Notes under the pieces: model-generated
Database searches by the model: none
Told to the model about the DNA's origin: nothing
The model's input: only the letters and a program-made list of their open reading frames with translations
Position numbers and translations under genes: made by a program
DNA from: Edaphobacter sp.
Lineage (GTDB): Bacteria > Acidobacteriota > Terriglobia > Terriglobales > Acidobacteriaceae
Direction: 5' to 3'
Assembly: GCA_965277575.1 (NCBI GenBank)
Contig: CBDIDK010000001.1
Span: forward strand, 177,622 to 241,621
DNA: 64,000 bases
Shown here: in pieces, positions 35,428-45,738 of the stretch
Layout: the number at the start of each line of letters is the position of its first letter
Numbering within the stretch: position 1 is the first letter of the stretch

Positions 35428-38400
35428 ATGAAGTACCCTTATTATTTTTGCGCCTCCACGGCACGCACTCTCTCTCGTCTCGGCTTGGCGCTTTGTTGCG
35501 CTCTCATCCTGGCACTTGCCCTCGTTAGCTCGTCCGCATACGCGCAGGAGTTTCGAGCCACAGTGTCTGGCACCGTTTCAGACTCGACCGGCGCGGTTGT
35601 TCCCAACACCGCGGTTACGGTTACGGAGCTCAACACCGGTTCCGTCAGCAAGACCACCTCGGACGCCGCCGGCCAGTACGTCGTTCCCTTCCTCGCGCCC
35701 GGCACCTACCGGATCGAGGCCCAGGCCGAGGGATTCCAGAAGGTTCTGCGCAATCACATCACCCTCCAGGCGGGCGATCACCCCATCGTCAATCTCGCGC
35801 TCGCCCTCGGAAACACCTCCCAGACGGTCACCGTCACCTCGGACGCTCCGTTGATCGATCAATCCAACGCCTCCGTCGGCCAGATCATCACCACCAAGCA
35901 GATCGAGGACCTCCCGCTCAACGGCCGCACGCCCATGATGTTGACCGAACTTTCCATCGGCGTCATCGCCACGGGACAGCCCTCGCAGGTCCACCCGTTC
36001 GACAACAACGCCGCCAACGCCTGGTCCATCGGCGGAACTCCCTCCCAGACCTCGGAGATCCTGCTCGACGGCAATCCCGATACCACCTGGTCCGGCGCTC
36101 TCGCCTACAGCCCCACCCAGGACGCCGTACAGGAGGTCTCCGTCTCCGTCTTCAACACCGACGCCTCCTTCGGGCACACCATCGGCGGCGTCATGAACCA
36201 GATCACCAAGTCTGGCACCAATCGTCTCCACGGGTCGGTCTACGAGTTCGGCCAGGTCTCCGCGCTCGACGCCAACAATACCTTCAATAACGCCAAGGGC
36301 ATCAAGAATCCCGTCACCCACTACAACCAGTACGGCCTCTCCGTCGGCGGCCCCGTCGTCATTCCCAAGCTCTTCGATGGCCGCGACAAGGTCTTCTTTT
36401 TCTTCGCATGGGAAGGCCTCAAGGACTCCCAGCCCGCCACCGTCTTCAACACCGTTCCCACCACCGCCGAGCGCGCGGGCGACTTCTCCGCCCTGCTTCC
36501 CCTCGGCTGCCCCACCGGATATAAGGCCGGCAACAGCGCGGTCTGCGCCAACGGCTCCGCCAACCCCTACCAGCTCTATAACCCCTTCACCGCTACCTCG
36601 GGCGCAAAGGGCGTCATCAACCGCACCCCCATCCCGAACAACGTCATCACCAGTGCTGGCGCGCTCAACCCAGTGGCCCTCAGCTATCTCCAGTTCTATC
36701 CCCAGTCCAACACCCCGGGCCAGGCTGACGGTTTCCAGAACTACGTCTCCAACGCCCCCTCCATCGATAACTACAACAACGAATTCGGCCGCATCGACTG
36801 GAACACAAGCGCCCGCAACCACATCTTCGGCGACTTCCGCCACAACAACCGCATCCAGACCAAGGGCGTTTACTTTCCCAACAGCTCCACAGGAACCAGT
36901 CTCCTGCGTGAGAACTTCGGCGCAACCATCGACGAGGTCTTCACCCTCAACCCGACCACTGTCATCGACATTCGTCCAGGCTGGACGTACTTCGATGAGG
37001 TTCACGGCACTCCGGCTCAGGCCTACAGCCCTGCCACCGTCGGGCTTCCATCCAATATCTCTAGCAACTCTATCTATTCCCAGCTTCCCTTCATCGGTTT
37101 CTCCGGCTCCTGCGGCAGCCAGGGATCTTTCCAATGCCTGGGCGACACCGGCTCCAGCAAGGATCCCTCGACCGAGTACCAACTCTTCGCGGACGTGGTT
37201 AAAGTCCTCGGCCGCCATACGCTCAAGGTAGGCACCGACCTGCGCCAGTACCGGCTCGATGTCGTCAACTACGGCGACTCATCCGGTTCCTTCACCTTCG
37301 GCAGCACCTTCGTCCAGCAGAACTCCACCGGCAGCGGCCCGACCTTTGGCGGCGACTTCGCTTCGTTCCTCCTCGGGCTGCCCAGCTCAGGTCAGTTCGA
37401 CCAGATGGCCCGCGCCTCGTACCACACCTGGTACACCGCAGGCTTCGTCCAGGACGACTGGCGCGTCAGCGACCAGCTCACCCTCAACCTCGGCATCCGC
37501 TTCGATCACGACACACCTTACGAAGAGAAGCTGGGCCGCACCGTAAGCGGCTTCAACCCCACAGCCCCTCTGCCCATCACCGGCGCGGCACAGACTGCAT
37601 ACGCCGCCCACCCGGTCGCGGGACTGGCTGCTGCGTCCTTTAGCCCGGTCGGCGGCCTTACCTACCCCGGCACCAGCAACGGCGCTCCATACCAGACTGC
37701 CTCTCACCTCTTCAGCCCGCGCTTCGGCTTCTCCTACTCGCCGGCCTCACTACCCAATACCGTGATCCGGGGCGGCTTCGGGATGTTCGTCACACCCGAT
37801 ACCGTCGCGAATCTGGCGTCGACCGGCACCTACTCCTCGAACGCCATCACCAACCAGCAGGGCTTCAGCTCCACCACCTCCTACATCGCCTCCACCAACG
37901 GCAACCTTACTTCAGCCAACTCTCTCACCAACCCCTTCCCCACCGGCTTTGTCGCGCCCTCCGGGTCGTCCCTGGGCGCCTCCACCAACCTCGGCCAGAC
38001 CATCTCCTTCCTCGCACCCACCGAGAAAGACCCCTACTCCCTCCGTTGGAACCTTGGCGTGCAGCACTCCTTCGGATCCAAGCTCCTGGCCGAGGTGGCC
38101 TACATCGCCAACCACGCCGTCAACCTGCCCGTCGCCACAACCCAGTTGAACCCGGTGCCGGCACAGTTCCTCAGCACCTCGCCGGGACGCGATCAGACCT
38201 TGATCTCGACCCTCAGCGCTAACACGACTAACCCGTTCCTGAACCTCATACCCGGTACCAGCCTCGGGACCAGCACCAGCACCTCAGTCGCGCAGCTTCT
38301 CTCTGCGCATCCGCAGTTCCCCACCAGTTCGCAAGGTTTTTCGAGCGGTGTGATCGAGCAGAACAACACAATCGGCCACTCCTACTTCGAGAGCTTCGAC

Positions 38401-39084
38401 GCCCGGATCGAAAAACGTCTCGATCATGGACTCACCATCATCGCGAACTATGGCTTCTCGAAGCTCATCGAGGCCGACACCTACCTCAACGACACCGATA
38501 TCTACCTCAACCGCCGTATCTCACCCTTCGACCACACCCACCACTTCGTCTTCGCCTCCACCTACGACCTGCCCTTCGGCAAGGGGCGCACCTTCAACAC
38601 CAACTCGCGTCTGCTCGATCTTGTCCTGGGCGGCTTCCGCGTCAATGGCATCTACACCTACCAGACCGGCGCGCCCATCTTCTTCTCTGCCGATATTCCC
38701 CTGCTTCCGGGTAATTCCACGAGCGATGTCAGCATCAACAACCGCAAGATCCTTGGCCCAGCGATCAACACCAGCGTTTTCCAGACGGCGAACGCCTCCA
38801 CAAACGGCGGCGGCCAGTTCCAGTACCACATTCGCACCCTGCCTCAGACGTTCGCGAGCGTCCGCCAGGACGGCATCAACAACCTCGACGCCTCCATCCT
38901 CAAGGACTTCCACTTCACCGAATCCACCTTCTTCCAGCTCCGCTTCGAGACCTTCAACACCGTCAACCACCCAACCTACGCCGCTCCCGCTGTCAGCAGC
39001 GCAACCAGCAGCAGCTTTGGCGTAATCACCGCCCAGGGCAACACCCCTCGTCAGGTCCAGATCGGAGGCCGTCTCGTCTTCTAG
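35428..39084 (+). CDS. TonB-dependent receptor-like outer-membrane protein with CarboxypepD_reg N-domain (TBDR-2)
   Basis: 1218 aa with a signal peptide ending AYAQE. ATVSGTVSDSTGAVVPNTAVTV...YRIEAQAEGF. Plug-like EDLPLNGRTPMML. C-terminal QIGGRLVF. Confidence 0.85.
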   Translation: MKYPYYFCASTARTLSRLGLALCCALILALALVSSSAYAQEFRATVSGTVSDSTGAVVPNTAVTVTELNTGSVSKTTSDAAGQYVVPFLAPGTYRIEAQAEGFQKVLRNHITLQAGDHPIVNLALALGNTSQTVTVTSDAPLIDQSNASVGQIITTKQIEDLPLNGRTPMMLTELSIGVIATGQPSQVHPFDNNAANAWSIGGTPSQTSEILLDGNPDTTWSGALAYSPTQDAVQEVSVSVFNTDASFGHTIGGVMNQITKSGTNRLHGSVYEFGQVSALDANNTFNNAKGIKNPVTHYNQYGLSVGGPVVIPKLFDGRDKVFFFFAWEGLKDSQPATVFNTVPTTAERAGDFSALLPLGCPTGYKAGNSAVCANGSANPYQLYNPFTATSGAKGVINRTPIPNNVITSAGALNPVALSYLQFYPQSNTPGQADGFQNYVSNAPSIDNYNNEFGRIDWNTSARNHIFGDFRHNNRIQTKGVYFPNSSTGTSLLRENFGATIDEVFTLNPTTVIDIRPGWTYFDEVHGTPAQAYSPATVGLPSNISSNSIYSQLPFIGFSGSCGSQGSFQCLGDTGSSKDPSTEYQLFADVVKVLGRHTLKVGTDLRQYRLDVVNYGDSSGSFTFGSTFVQQNSTGSGPTFGGDFASFLLGLPSSGQFDQMARASYHTWYTAGFVQDDWRVSDQLTLNLGIRFDHDTPYEEKLGRTVSGFNPTAPLPITGAAQTAYAAHPVAGLAAASFSPVGGLTYPGTSNGAPYQTASHLFSPRFGFSYSPASLPNTVIRGGFGMFVTPDTVANLASTGTYSSNAITNQQGFSSTTSYIASTNGNLTSANSLTNPFPTGFVAPSGSSLGASTNLGQTISFLAPTEKDPYSLRWNLGVQHSFGSKLLAEVAYIANHAVNLPVATTQLNPVPAQFLSTSPGRDQTLISTLSANTTNPFLNLIPGTSLGTSTSTSVAQLLSAHPQFPTSSQGFSSGVIEQNNTIGHSYFESFDARIEKRLDHGLTIIANYGFSKLIEADTYLNDTDIYLNRRISPFDHTHHFVFASTYDLPFGKGRTFNTNSRLLDLVLGGFRVNGIYTYQTGAPIFFSADIPLLPGNSTSDVSINNRKILGPAINTSVFQTANASTNGGGQFQYHIRTLPQTFASVRQDGINNLDASILKDFHFTESTFFQLRFETFNTVNHPTYAAPAVSSATSSSFGVITAQGNTPRQVQIGGRLVF

Positions 39085-39146
39085 GCCAGAGTCAGGATTG
39101 TTAAACCTGGCTCAAAGAGAACGTCCTCTGTAGGGAGAAACCGGAT

Positions 39147-39175
39147 CCCCGGCGAGCGAATTTCGCTCGCCGGGG
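39147..39175. terminator. perfect 14-bp-stem hairpin between convergent genes (possible bidirectional terminator)
   Basis: CCCCGGCGAGCGAA-T-TTCGCTCGCCGGGG. Lies between the TBDR-2 stop and the amidase stop. The flanks are only weakly U-rich. Confidence 0.45.
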
Positions 39176-39300
39176 TAATCTATTCTCGATCCCGACCAAC
39201 GGGAGGGCTAGCGCAGTAGATGGTTGTCAAGACCGGTATGCCCGGCACGAAGTGTCCGCCCCACGCGGAGTGGGCCCATCCGGCAGGACAGCTTCGACGT

Positions 39301-40857
39301 TCAGGACTTCCGAATGATAGGCGGGACGGCGGTATCCGGCGTGAGATCCGGCCAGCGAGTGTGCCACGGCGTGGCGCGCTCGTAAGCGGCGGCAAGCGCC
39401 AACACGCGAGCCTCCGAGAAGCGCGGCCCCGCGATCATTAGCCCGATAGGCAGTCCCGTAGACGAAAAGCCACACGGAACGGAGATGGCCGGTATCCCGT
39501 AAATATTGAAGGCAGAGGTGTTAGACACCTCCTCCGGCTCGCGCGGCTTAGGCTCTTCCTCGCGGCTGAGCGCATCGTTGATCGTCCGCGGCAGCATCCG
39601 CATCGTAGGCAGAGCCACGAGATCGAAGCCGTTGAAGCTGTCATCCACGACCTTACGCAGCCGGATCAGATCCCACTGCGAGGTCACATAGTCTACCACC
39701 CTCTCCGAGCAGGTCTCCGTCGCCATGTCGTTCATCTGCTTCTGCGCGGACTCCAGCGAATTTCGAACCGAAAGGGAGTAGCGCTGCGCGTTGCGGCGGA
39801 ACAGTTCGAGATGGTACGCCTCGCGTTCCCCTCCCAGCGCAAGAGCGTTAAACCCGGATACACCAGGAAGATAGCAGTCCCGCGTGGAGCCGGTCAGGCC
39901 GGAGAGAACGACCAGCGCCGCCTCGAACGCTTTGGCCACCTCGGGGTCGATGTGATCGAAAAACGGCGCCCGCGGCACGCCAAGCCGAAGCGCTTTCACC
40001 GGCTGACGCATGGCCACGACGTAGTCCTCGCGCGGATGCTCCAGGCTCGCGACATCGTATTTGTCATACCCCGTCATGCAGTTCAGCATCAGCGCGGCAT
40101 CCTCTACCGTGCGCGTCATCGGCCCGCAATGATCCAGCGAATACGTGAGCGGCACGATACCGCGGATGGAAACCAGCCCATACGTAGGCTTAAGCCCAAC
40201 CACCGAGCAATATGCCGCGGGCATCCGTACCGAGCCTCCCGTGTCGGTGCCAAGCGCTCCAAAGCAAAGCCCGGAGATAAGCGCGGCCGCCGAACCACCC
40301 GAAGATCCTGCGGCAATTCGATCAAGCGCCCAGGGATTGCGGACAGGGCCGAAGTAAGTCGAAACCGAGGTTCTGCCATTGGCAAACTCGTGCATATTGG
40401 TCTTGCCGAGGATCACCGCGCCAGCAGATTTCAACCGGCGTGTAACTTCCGCATCCTCAGTCGGGACGCGATCGTCGAAGACCTCTGAGCCAGCCGTGGT
40501 GCGGGTACCGCTGGTGTCGATGTTGTCCTTCAGAGCAATGGGAAGGCCGTGTAGAGGACCTCGAAAGTGTCCGGCCGCGGCTTCCGAATCGAAAGCCGAA
40601 GCCTGGGCGAGCGCCTCCTGCTCCATGACGGTGATATAGGCGTTGACCTTCGGATTGTAGAGCTTGATGCGGTCGAGACAGGCCTGGGTCAATTGCCTGG
40701 AAGTGACCGAGCGGCTCCGTATCCGGCGAGCAGCTTCAGTAAGCGAGAGGTCGGTGATTGCCGGTTCCGGCGTGGCCTGGGCGAGAAGGGAGGTATCGGC
40801 GAGACGGACAGCAGCAGCGGTGGCGGCGGAGATGCGGACGAAGTCTCGGCGGTTCAT
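39301..40857 (-). CDS. Tat-exported amidase (amidase-signature family, GatA-like)
   Basis: ATG 40857 gives MNRRDFVRISAATAAA (twin-arginine signal). Amidase-signature motif GSSGGSAAA. Confidence 0.85.
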   Translation of the reverse strand: MNRRDFVRISAATAAAVRLADTSLLAQATPEPAITDLSLTEAARRIRSRSVTSRQLTQACLDRIKLYNPKVNAYITVMEQEALAQASAFDSEAAAGHFRGPLHGLPIALKDNIDTSGTRTTAGSEVFDDRVPTEDAEVTRRLKSAGAVILGKTNMHEFANGRTSVSTYFGPVRNPWALDRIAAGSSGGSAAALISGLCFGALGTDTGGSVRMPAAYCSVVGLKPTYGLVSIRGIVPLTYSLDHCGPMTRTVEDAALMLNCMTGYDKYDVASLEHPREDYVVAMRQPVKALRLGVPRAPFFDHIDPEVAKAFEAALVVLSGLTGSTRDCYLPGVSGFNALALGGEREAYHLELFRRNAQRYSLSVRNSLESAQKQMNDMATETCSERVVDYVTSQWDLIRLRKVVDDSFNGFDLVALPTMRMLPRTINDALSREEEPKPREPEEVSNTSAFNIYGIPAISVPCGFSSTGLPIGLMIAGPRFSEARVLALAAAYERATPWHTRWPDLTPDTAVPPIIRKS

Positions 40858-41006
40858 GCGATAGGAGCTCCCAGAATGAATTGTCAATGTATTGAGTAGG
40901 ACGGGGCAGGCAGGAACAAGGGGCTGATGCGGAATCTCTCCCCCATCAGCCTGATGGTTTGCGCTACTTCGTTCGAGAGTACGCCCCCTCTCACAAAGGC
41001 CGCAGG

Positions 41007-44000
41007 CTATTGGGCGGGAGCAGGCGTTGTCTTCGACTTCGGTTCCGGTTTGCCGGCGTCCAGATGGTCCCAGTTCAGCAGTGTGTTGAAGCCAAGGGTG
41101 TACGTGCCCTGCGTCTGCCAGCGCCAGAAGGGGCGAAGCGCGAACATGACGACGTGACCCTGCCCCAGCGGAACATCGAGCGCGAGTGCGCGGTGCGTGA
41201 GAGCCTCGCCGCCCGCCAGTTCTCCGGAGAGCAGGATATCGGAGGCCTTGGCCGGGAAGCTGATGACCACTCGGGGTTGGGTGGCGGTGTCGTCCACGAA
41301 GCCGAACTGGCGCATCATCTGCTGCATGGCTGCGGTCTCGGAGATCTGGGCCGGTGGTGGCGTGGTGCTGGGCGGTAGCTCGTCCTCGCCAACGTACGGC
41401 GAGAGAGCGACAGGTGTGGCGTTGGGGGTGATGTCGACGCCTACGCCGGGGATAGTAGGCGCGGTTTGACGGAGTTGAGCGCCGCCTCCGGCCGCCCCCG
41501 CGGAGAGGACGGGATCGGCACTGAAATAAATGGGAAGGTCCGGGCCAGTGTAGCCGTACACGATAGGGCTGTTGTGGTCCGTAATGACGCCGCGCATGAT
41601 CGATCCCTTGGTGAAGAGGTGAGTCGGATGTTCGACGTGAACGCCAGGGGTTATGCCGTAATCGGGAAGGATGGTGGTGGTGGAGCCTTCCGTCAGAAGC
41701 GTGCCGCCTTCGCGGACGAAGCGGACCAGTTCGGCGAGGCCATCCATGCCCATGCCACCTCGGATATCATCGCTGGAATCTTCGGCGCCGAGGTTGGGAG
41801 TCAGGGAAGTTTTCTTGTAAGGAATCGGATCGGAGCCTGTCTTCGGAATTCCATTCACCTGCGAAATAGAGCTGCCGCCGATATCTGGGATGACAATGAC
41901 GTCGTACTTGGCGCGGAGGTTCCCTTCGCGCAGCTTCTGGTCGGCGAAATAGGTGAAGGGAACGCCGTAATGATCAAAGGCCAGCCGCACCCAGCCCTCA
42001 TCCTGCGTACGCTGCCAGGAGTGGACATAGCCGATGCGCGGAACCGTGAGTGGATGCGTTTTGATGGTCGAAGGCGCGGTAGTGGCGTAACCGGTTAGCC
42101 CGAGCTCCGCGATTGAAGCGCGGAGCTTCGTGTCCTTGGCGGCGGAACGGACGATGAAGGCTCCCGCATGAAAGTCGTGACCGTCGGCGGTGAAGTTCTG
42201 CTCGGCCGCTTCCATTGCAGTCTGGGCATTCTTGAATCGGAAGGTGACGAGTACGTTGTCAGTTGTGGCGTCGACGATCAGGTCGCTGCCGGAGCCGGTG
42301 ACGGTACCGGGACTAGCGGCATCCGCCAGCAGAGGTGTCATGGGTTGATCGAACAGGGCCTTGTCGGTAACGGGCAGCACCGCTAGATTGCGCATCAGCG
42401 GCATGGTCCAGCCGGTGTCGTCGTAGGGCAACGGGTTGGAGGCAGGGTAGTTCTGAAGGCTGAAGTACATGTCGACAAGGGTGCGAAAGGGCTGGTCGGC
42501 ACGGATGATGTAGTCGCCCGGAGCGATCTTCACCGATCCGAGCTGGGCAGCCGCGGAGGCGACCTGGAACTCGACCCCCTGATGGCGCAGGTCGTTGACC
42601 ATCTCGATCGTGTTGACGCGGTGAGTCTGCGCTGCGGGAATGACCCAGCCGAAGGTTGGTCCGTTGCGGCCCTTCTCCACCGACCGCTTATTCTTCATCC
42701 AGTAGTTTTCAAGATACAGAGTTTTTTCAGTCGCTACCTTGTCAAGCGCCAGCAGCAGCGCCGATTCCTGGATGTTGGTGTTATTGCGCGGCCCCCATTT
42801 GATTGTAGGCAGAGGCGGGTTCGGACGATACCACTCGCGACTGGTGGCGGTTGCGGGAAGCTGGAGCTTTTCAGTCACGTCCGGACCGTAAGACTGGACT
42901 TCGTAAAAGCGGCCGAAGCTGTTGTGGGTCTCGGCAATCCAGAAGAGGTAGTTCGGCACCCAGCCATCGTAGAAGCCATAGGTGAAGACGCCGGGAACGT
43001 TGCGCTTGGCCATCTCCATCACCTCGGTTTCAGCCAGCATCCACCACTCGTCGATGGCGATGGGGTCGAGCGCCGGGTTATACGGTCCGGTACCGGTGGA
43101 GGTGTACAGATACGACTGAGCTTCGTGCAGGTCGTGCAGGATTGTCGGGTGCCACTCAAGGACGCCGCGAGTGATGTTCTGTGTCAACATCAGTCCCTGC
43201 CCCATACCGTCGCGATTGTTGTCGTGCGCGACATACTTGCCCCAGTACATCAGCGGTGGACGCGGTTTGCCGGTCTTCTTGCCGTAGTAGTAGGTGTCGA
43301 CCTCCTTGTCGCGGCCATCGACCTCGACAACCGGCGTGATGAACACAATGGTGTTGTCGCGGATGTTGCGGATCAGAGGTGTTTCTTCAACAATCAGCCG
43401 ATAGGCTAGCTCCACGAGCATCTGCGGGCCGCCGGTCTCGGGCGAGTGGATGCCGCTTGTGATCCAGTAGAGCGGCTTCGCGGTGTGGATGATCGCCTGG
43501 GCCTGAGCTTCGGTCGTCTTGCGCGGATCGGTAAGGGCGGCGAGCTCCGCTTGATGTTTCGAGAGATTGCGAATAGCCTCTTCGCTGCCGATGGCCAGCA
43601 CAACCTGGTCGCGGCCCTCTTCCGTCTTGCCCAGCTTCCAGAACTTCGCGCGTGGCGAGGCCTTTGCCAGGGCTTCGTAGTAGCGGTTGATGTCCTCGGC
43701 ATAGTAAAGCTCGCCGGGTTGACCGGGCATGGTGCCGAGGAACTTCAGCGGCGTGGGAACAGTAGAGGACGCCGGAAGATGATCGACCAGCTCTGTGGTA
43801 AATCGCGGGTCCGAAAGGTACTCGTGGATGCGGCGGGTGTACTCTTCGTCGTTCTTCTGCGGGGCGGCGGCCTTGGACTGTGCGTGGGCTGCGAAGAACC
43901 CGAAAGGAAGCGCCAACGCAGCGCAGGCGAGCAGAAAAAAAGACGAGCGGCGGCGCGTGGCTCTTCGCCGGGGGGTGACGCCGGATTGATTGTCAGTCAT
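41007..44000 (-). CDS. large secreted M14-family zinc carboxypeptidase-like protein (M14-A, 997 aa)
   Basis: Signal peptide. HxxE zinc motif in SGIHSPETGGPQ within a ~350-aa carboxypeptidase-like region. ~550-aa C-terminal extension shared with the 50016-52832 paralog. Confidence 0.75.
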   Translation of the reverse strand: MTDNQSGVTPRRRATRRRSSFFLLACAALALPFGFFAAHAQSKAAAPQKNDEEYTRRIHEYLSDPRFTTELVDHLPASSTVPTPLKFLGTMPGQPGELYYAEDINRYYEALAKASPRAKFWKLGKTEEGRDQVVLAIGSEEAIRNLSKHQAELAALTDPRKTTEAQAQAIIHTAKPLYWITSGIHSPETGGPQMLVELAYRLIVEETPLIRNIRDNTIVFITPVVEVDGRDKEVDTYYYGKKTGKPRPPLMYWGKYVAHDNNRDGMGQGLMLTQNITRGVLEWHPTILHDLHEAQSYLYTSTGTGPYNPALDPIAIDEWWMLAETEVMEMAKRNVPGVFTYGFYDGWVPNYLFWIAETHNSFGRFYEVQSYGPDVTEKLQLPATATSREWYRPNPPLPTIKWGPRNNTNIQESALLLALDKVATEKTLYLENYWMKNKRSVEKGRNGPTFGWVIPAAQTHRVNTIEMVNDLRHQGVEFQVASAAAQLGSVKIAPGDYIIRADQPFRTLVDMYFSLQNYPASNPLPYDDTGWTMPLMRNLAVLPVTDKALFDQPMTPLLADAASPGTVTGSGSDLIVDATTDNVLVTFRFKNAQTAMEAAEQNFTADGHDFHAGAFIVRSAAKDTKLRASIAELGLTGYATTAPSTIKTHPLTVPRIGYVHSWQRTQDEGWVRLAFDHYGVPFTYFADQKLREGNLRAKYDVIVIPDIGGSSISQVNGIPKTGSDPIPYKKTSLTPNLGAEDSSDDIRGGMGMDGLAELVRFVREGGTLLTEGSTTTILPDYGITPGVHVEHPTHLFTKGSIMRGVITDHNSPIVYGYTGPDLPIYFSADPVLSAGAAGGGAQLRQTAPTIPGVGVDITPNATPVALSPYVGEDELPPSTTPPPAQISETAAMQQMMRQFGFVDDTATQPRVVISFPAKASDILLSGELAGGEALTHRALALDVPLGQGHVVMFALRPFWRWQTQGTYTLGFNTLLNWDHLDAGKPEPKSKTTPAPAQ

Positions 44001-44368
44001 GGTGAACCTGTATAGCAGAGCCGCTTCGCTAGGTCAAAGAAAATGTTCTCACGGTAATGATTGTTGGGGTTGCGTATGGACGCCGCGTGTTCGGGCCACT
44101 TTCCTTTCTTGACAGAACCGTGAATTTGCGAGAAAACTACTTTAGTTTCCAGACGAAAAGTTTTTGCATTTGTCCTTCGCTGTTCGTTCAAGCGTAACCG
44201 GTTGCCTCTTCCGCAATCGAGGATGTGCCGTTCCTGTCCGTCCCTTCGTTTTTCGCGCGACCGTTGGAGCGCGGCAACGCGGAGGAGACGCTGCTCTCTT
44301 TCACCGATCTACTTCACGGATCTACGCCCAAATGCGCGGTGCGGGTGGCTTTTTTCAAGGAGGAACAT

Positions 44369-45634
44369 TTGTCTCGAACTGTTGGTCTGACTCGCCTTTA
44401 TTGCGGCTTCTTATCGGCGTCTCTGGTTGTGCTGTGCGGGGCAGCTTCGGCGCAGACCGTGGTCCCTCTCTCCAATCCCGCGATTCACCAGGCCATGGAG
44501 GCGATCAAGACCAACGAACCGCACTTCGTCGATGAGCAGATTCGGCTATGCGAGATCTCTTCGCCGCCCTTTCACGAGGACAAGCGCGCGCTTGCCTTGA
44601 AGGAGCTGTTCGAGAAAGAGGGGCTGCAGAACGTTCGCATCGACAAGGTGGGCAACGTGCTGGGAGACAGGCCGGGCAAGGAGGCGCATCCCCACCTGGT
44701 ACTGGCGGCGCACCTGGATACCGTGTTTCCGCCCGAGACAGACGTGCATGTGAAGCGTGTCGGGAACGTGCTGACCGGACCCGGAATCGGCGACGACTGC
44801 CGCGGTCTGGCGGCCATGCTCGGGGTCATCCGGGCGATGAACCAGGCTCACATCGAGACGCGCGGTTCGGTGACGTTTGTGGCCGATGTCGGCGAAGAAG
44901 GTCTCGGCGACCTGCGCGGGATGAAGGAGCTGTTCGGCACGACGATGAAGGGACAGATCAACGAGTTCATCTCCATCGAGCCGGGCGGAGAGACCAACCT
45001 GACCAATGGCGGGGTGGGGAGCTACCGCTATCGGGTGACGTATACCGGGCCAGGCGGACACAGTTACGGAGCGTTCGGCAATGCGAACCCGATCCATGCG
45101 CTCGGTCGAACGGTCGCGAAGATCGCAGATATGCAGGTGCCGGTCAAGCCCAAGACGACCTTCAATGTGGGGCGGATTGGGGGCGGAACATCGGTGAACT
45201 CAATCCCCTTCGAGGCATGGTTTGAGTTCGATGAACGCTCCGAGACCATGGCTTCACTCGATGCAGAGGATGTCAAGTTCAAGGCGGCAGTGCAGGCCGG
45301 CCTCGACGAAGAAAACGCGCGCTGGCACGACAAGGGAAAGTTGAGCGTCAAGATAGACCGCACCGGGGTTCGCCCGGCCGGTACGACGCCGGCTGATTCG
45401 CCATTGGTGAAGACAGCGCAGGCATCGATGAAGGAGCTTGGGTTTGGCGAGGCGCACTTCTCGATCGGATCGTCGGATTCCAACGTGCCCATGCATCTCG
45501 GGATTCCGGCGATCACTATCGGCGGAGGAGGCAAGGACACGGGAGCCCACTCACTGGGAGAGAGCGACGATGTCACCGACGCATGGAAGGGCACGCAGAA
45601 CGCTCTGCTGATTGTGGTTTCACTGCTGAAGTAG
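44369..45634 (+). CDS. secreted M20-family peptidase (PepT/peptidase T-like)
   Basis: Probable TTG start at 44369 after AAGGAGG, followed by a signal peptide ending AASAQT. Motifs AAHLDTVFP, GIGDDCRG and DVGEEGLGD. The ORF-track start is 44225. Confidence 0.8.
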   Translation: MSRTVGLTRLYCGFLSASLVVLCGAASAQTVVPLSNPAIHQAMEAIKTNEPHFVDEQIRLCEISSPPFHEDKRALALKELFEKEGLQNVRIDKVGNVLGDRPGKEAHPHLVLAAHLDTVFPPETDVHVKRVGNVLTGPGIGDDCRGLAAMLGVIRAMNQAHIETRGSVTFVADVGEEGLGDLRGMKELFGTTMKGQINEFISIEPGGETNLTNGGVGSYRYRVTYTGPGGHSYGAFGNANPIHALGRTVAKIADMQVPVKPKTTFNVGRIGGGTSVNSIPFEAWFEFDERSETMASLDAEDVKFKAAVQAGLDEENARWHDKGKLSVKIDRTGVRPAGTTPADSPLVKTAQASMKELGFGEAHFSIGSSDSNVPMHLGIPAITIGGGGKDTGAHSLGESDDVTDAWKGTQNALLIVVSLLK

Positions 45635-45738
45635 CGCGGCCGTGTGCCCAAGGGACCTGTACGCGCTGGCTTAGCCGCCGCGCGGTGTTGTTGAACTAAC
45701 CTGCGGGCGACTGCAGCGGAAGCGACTGGAGCGAAAGC

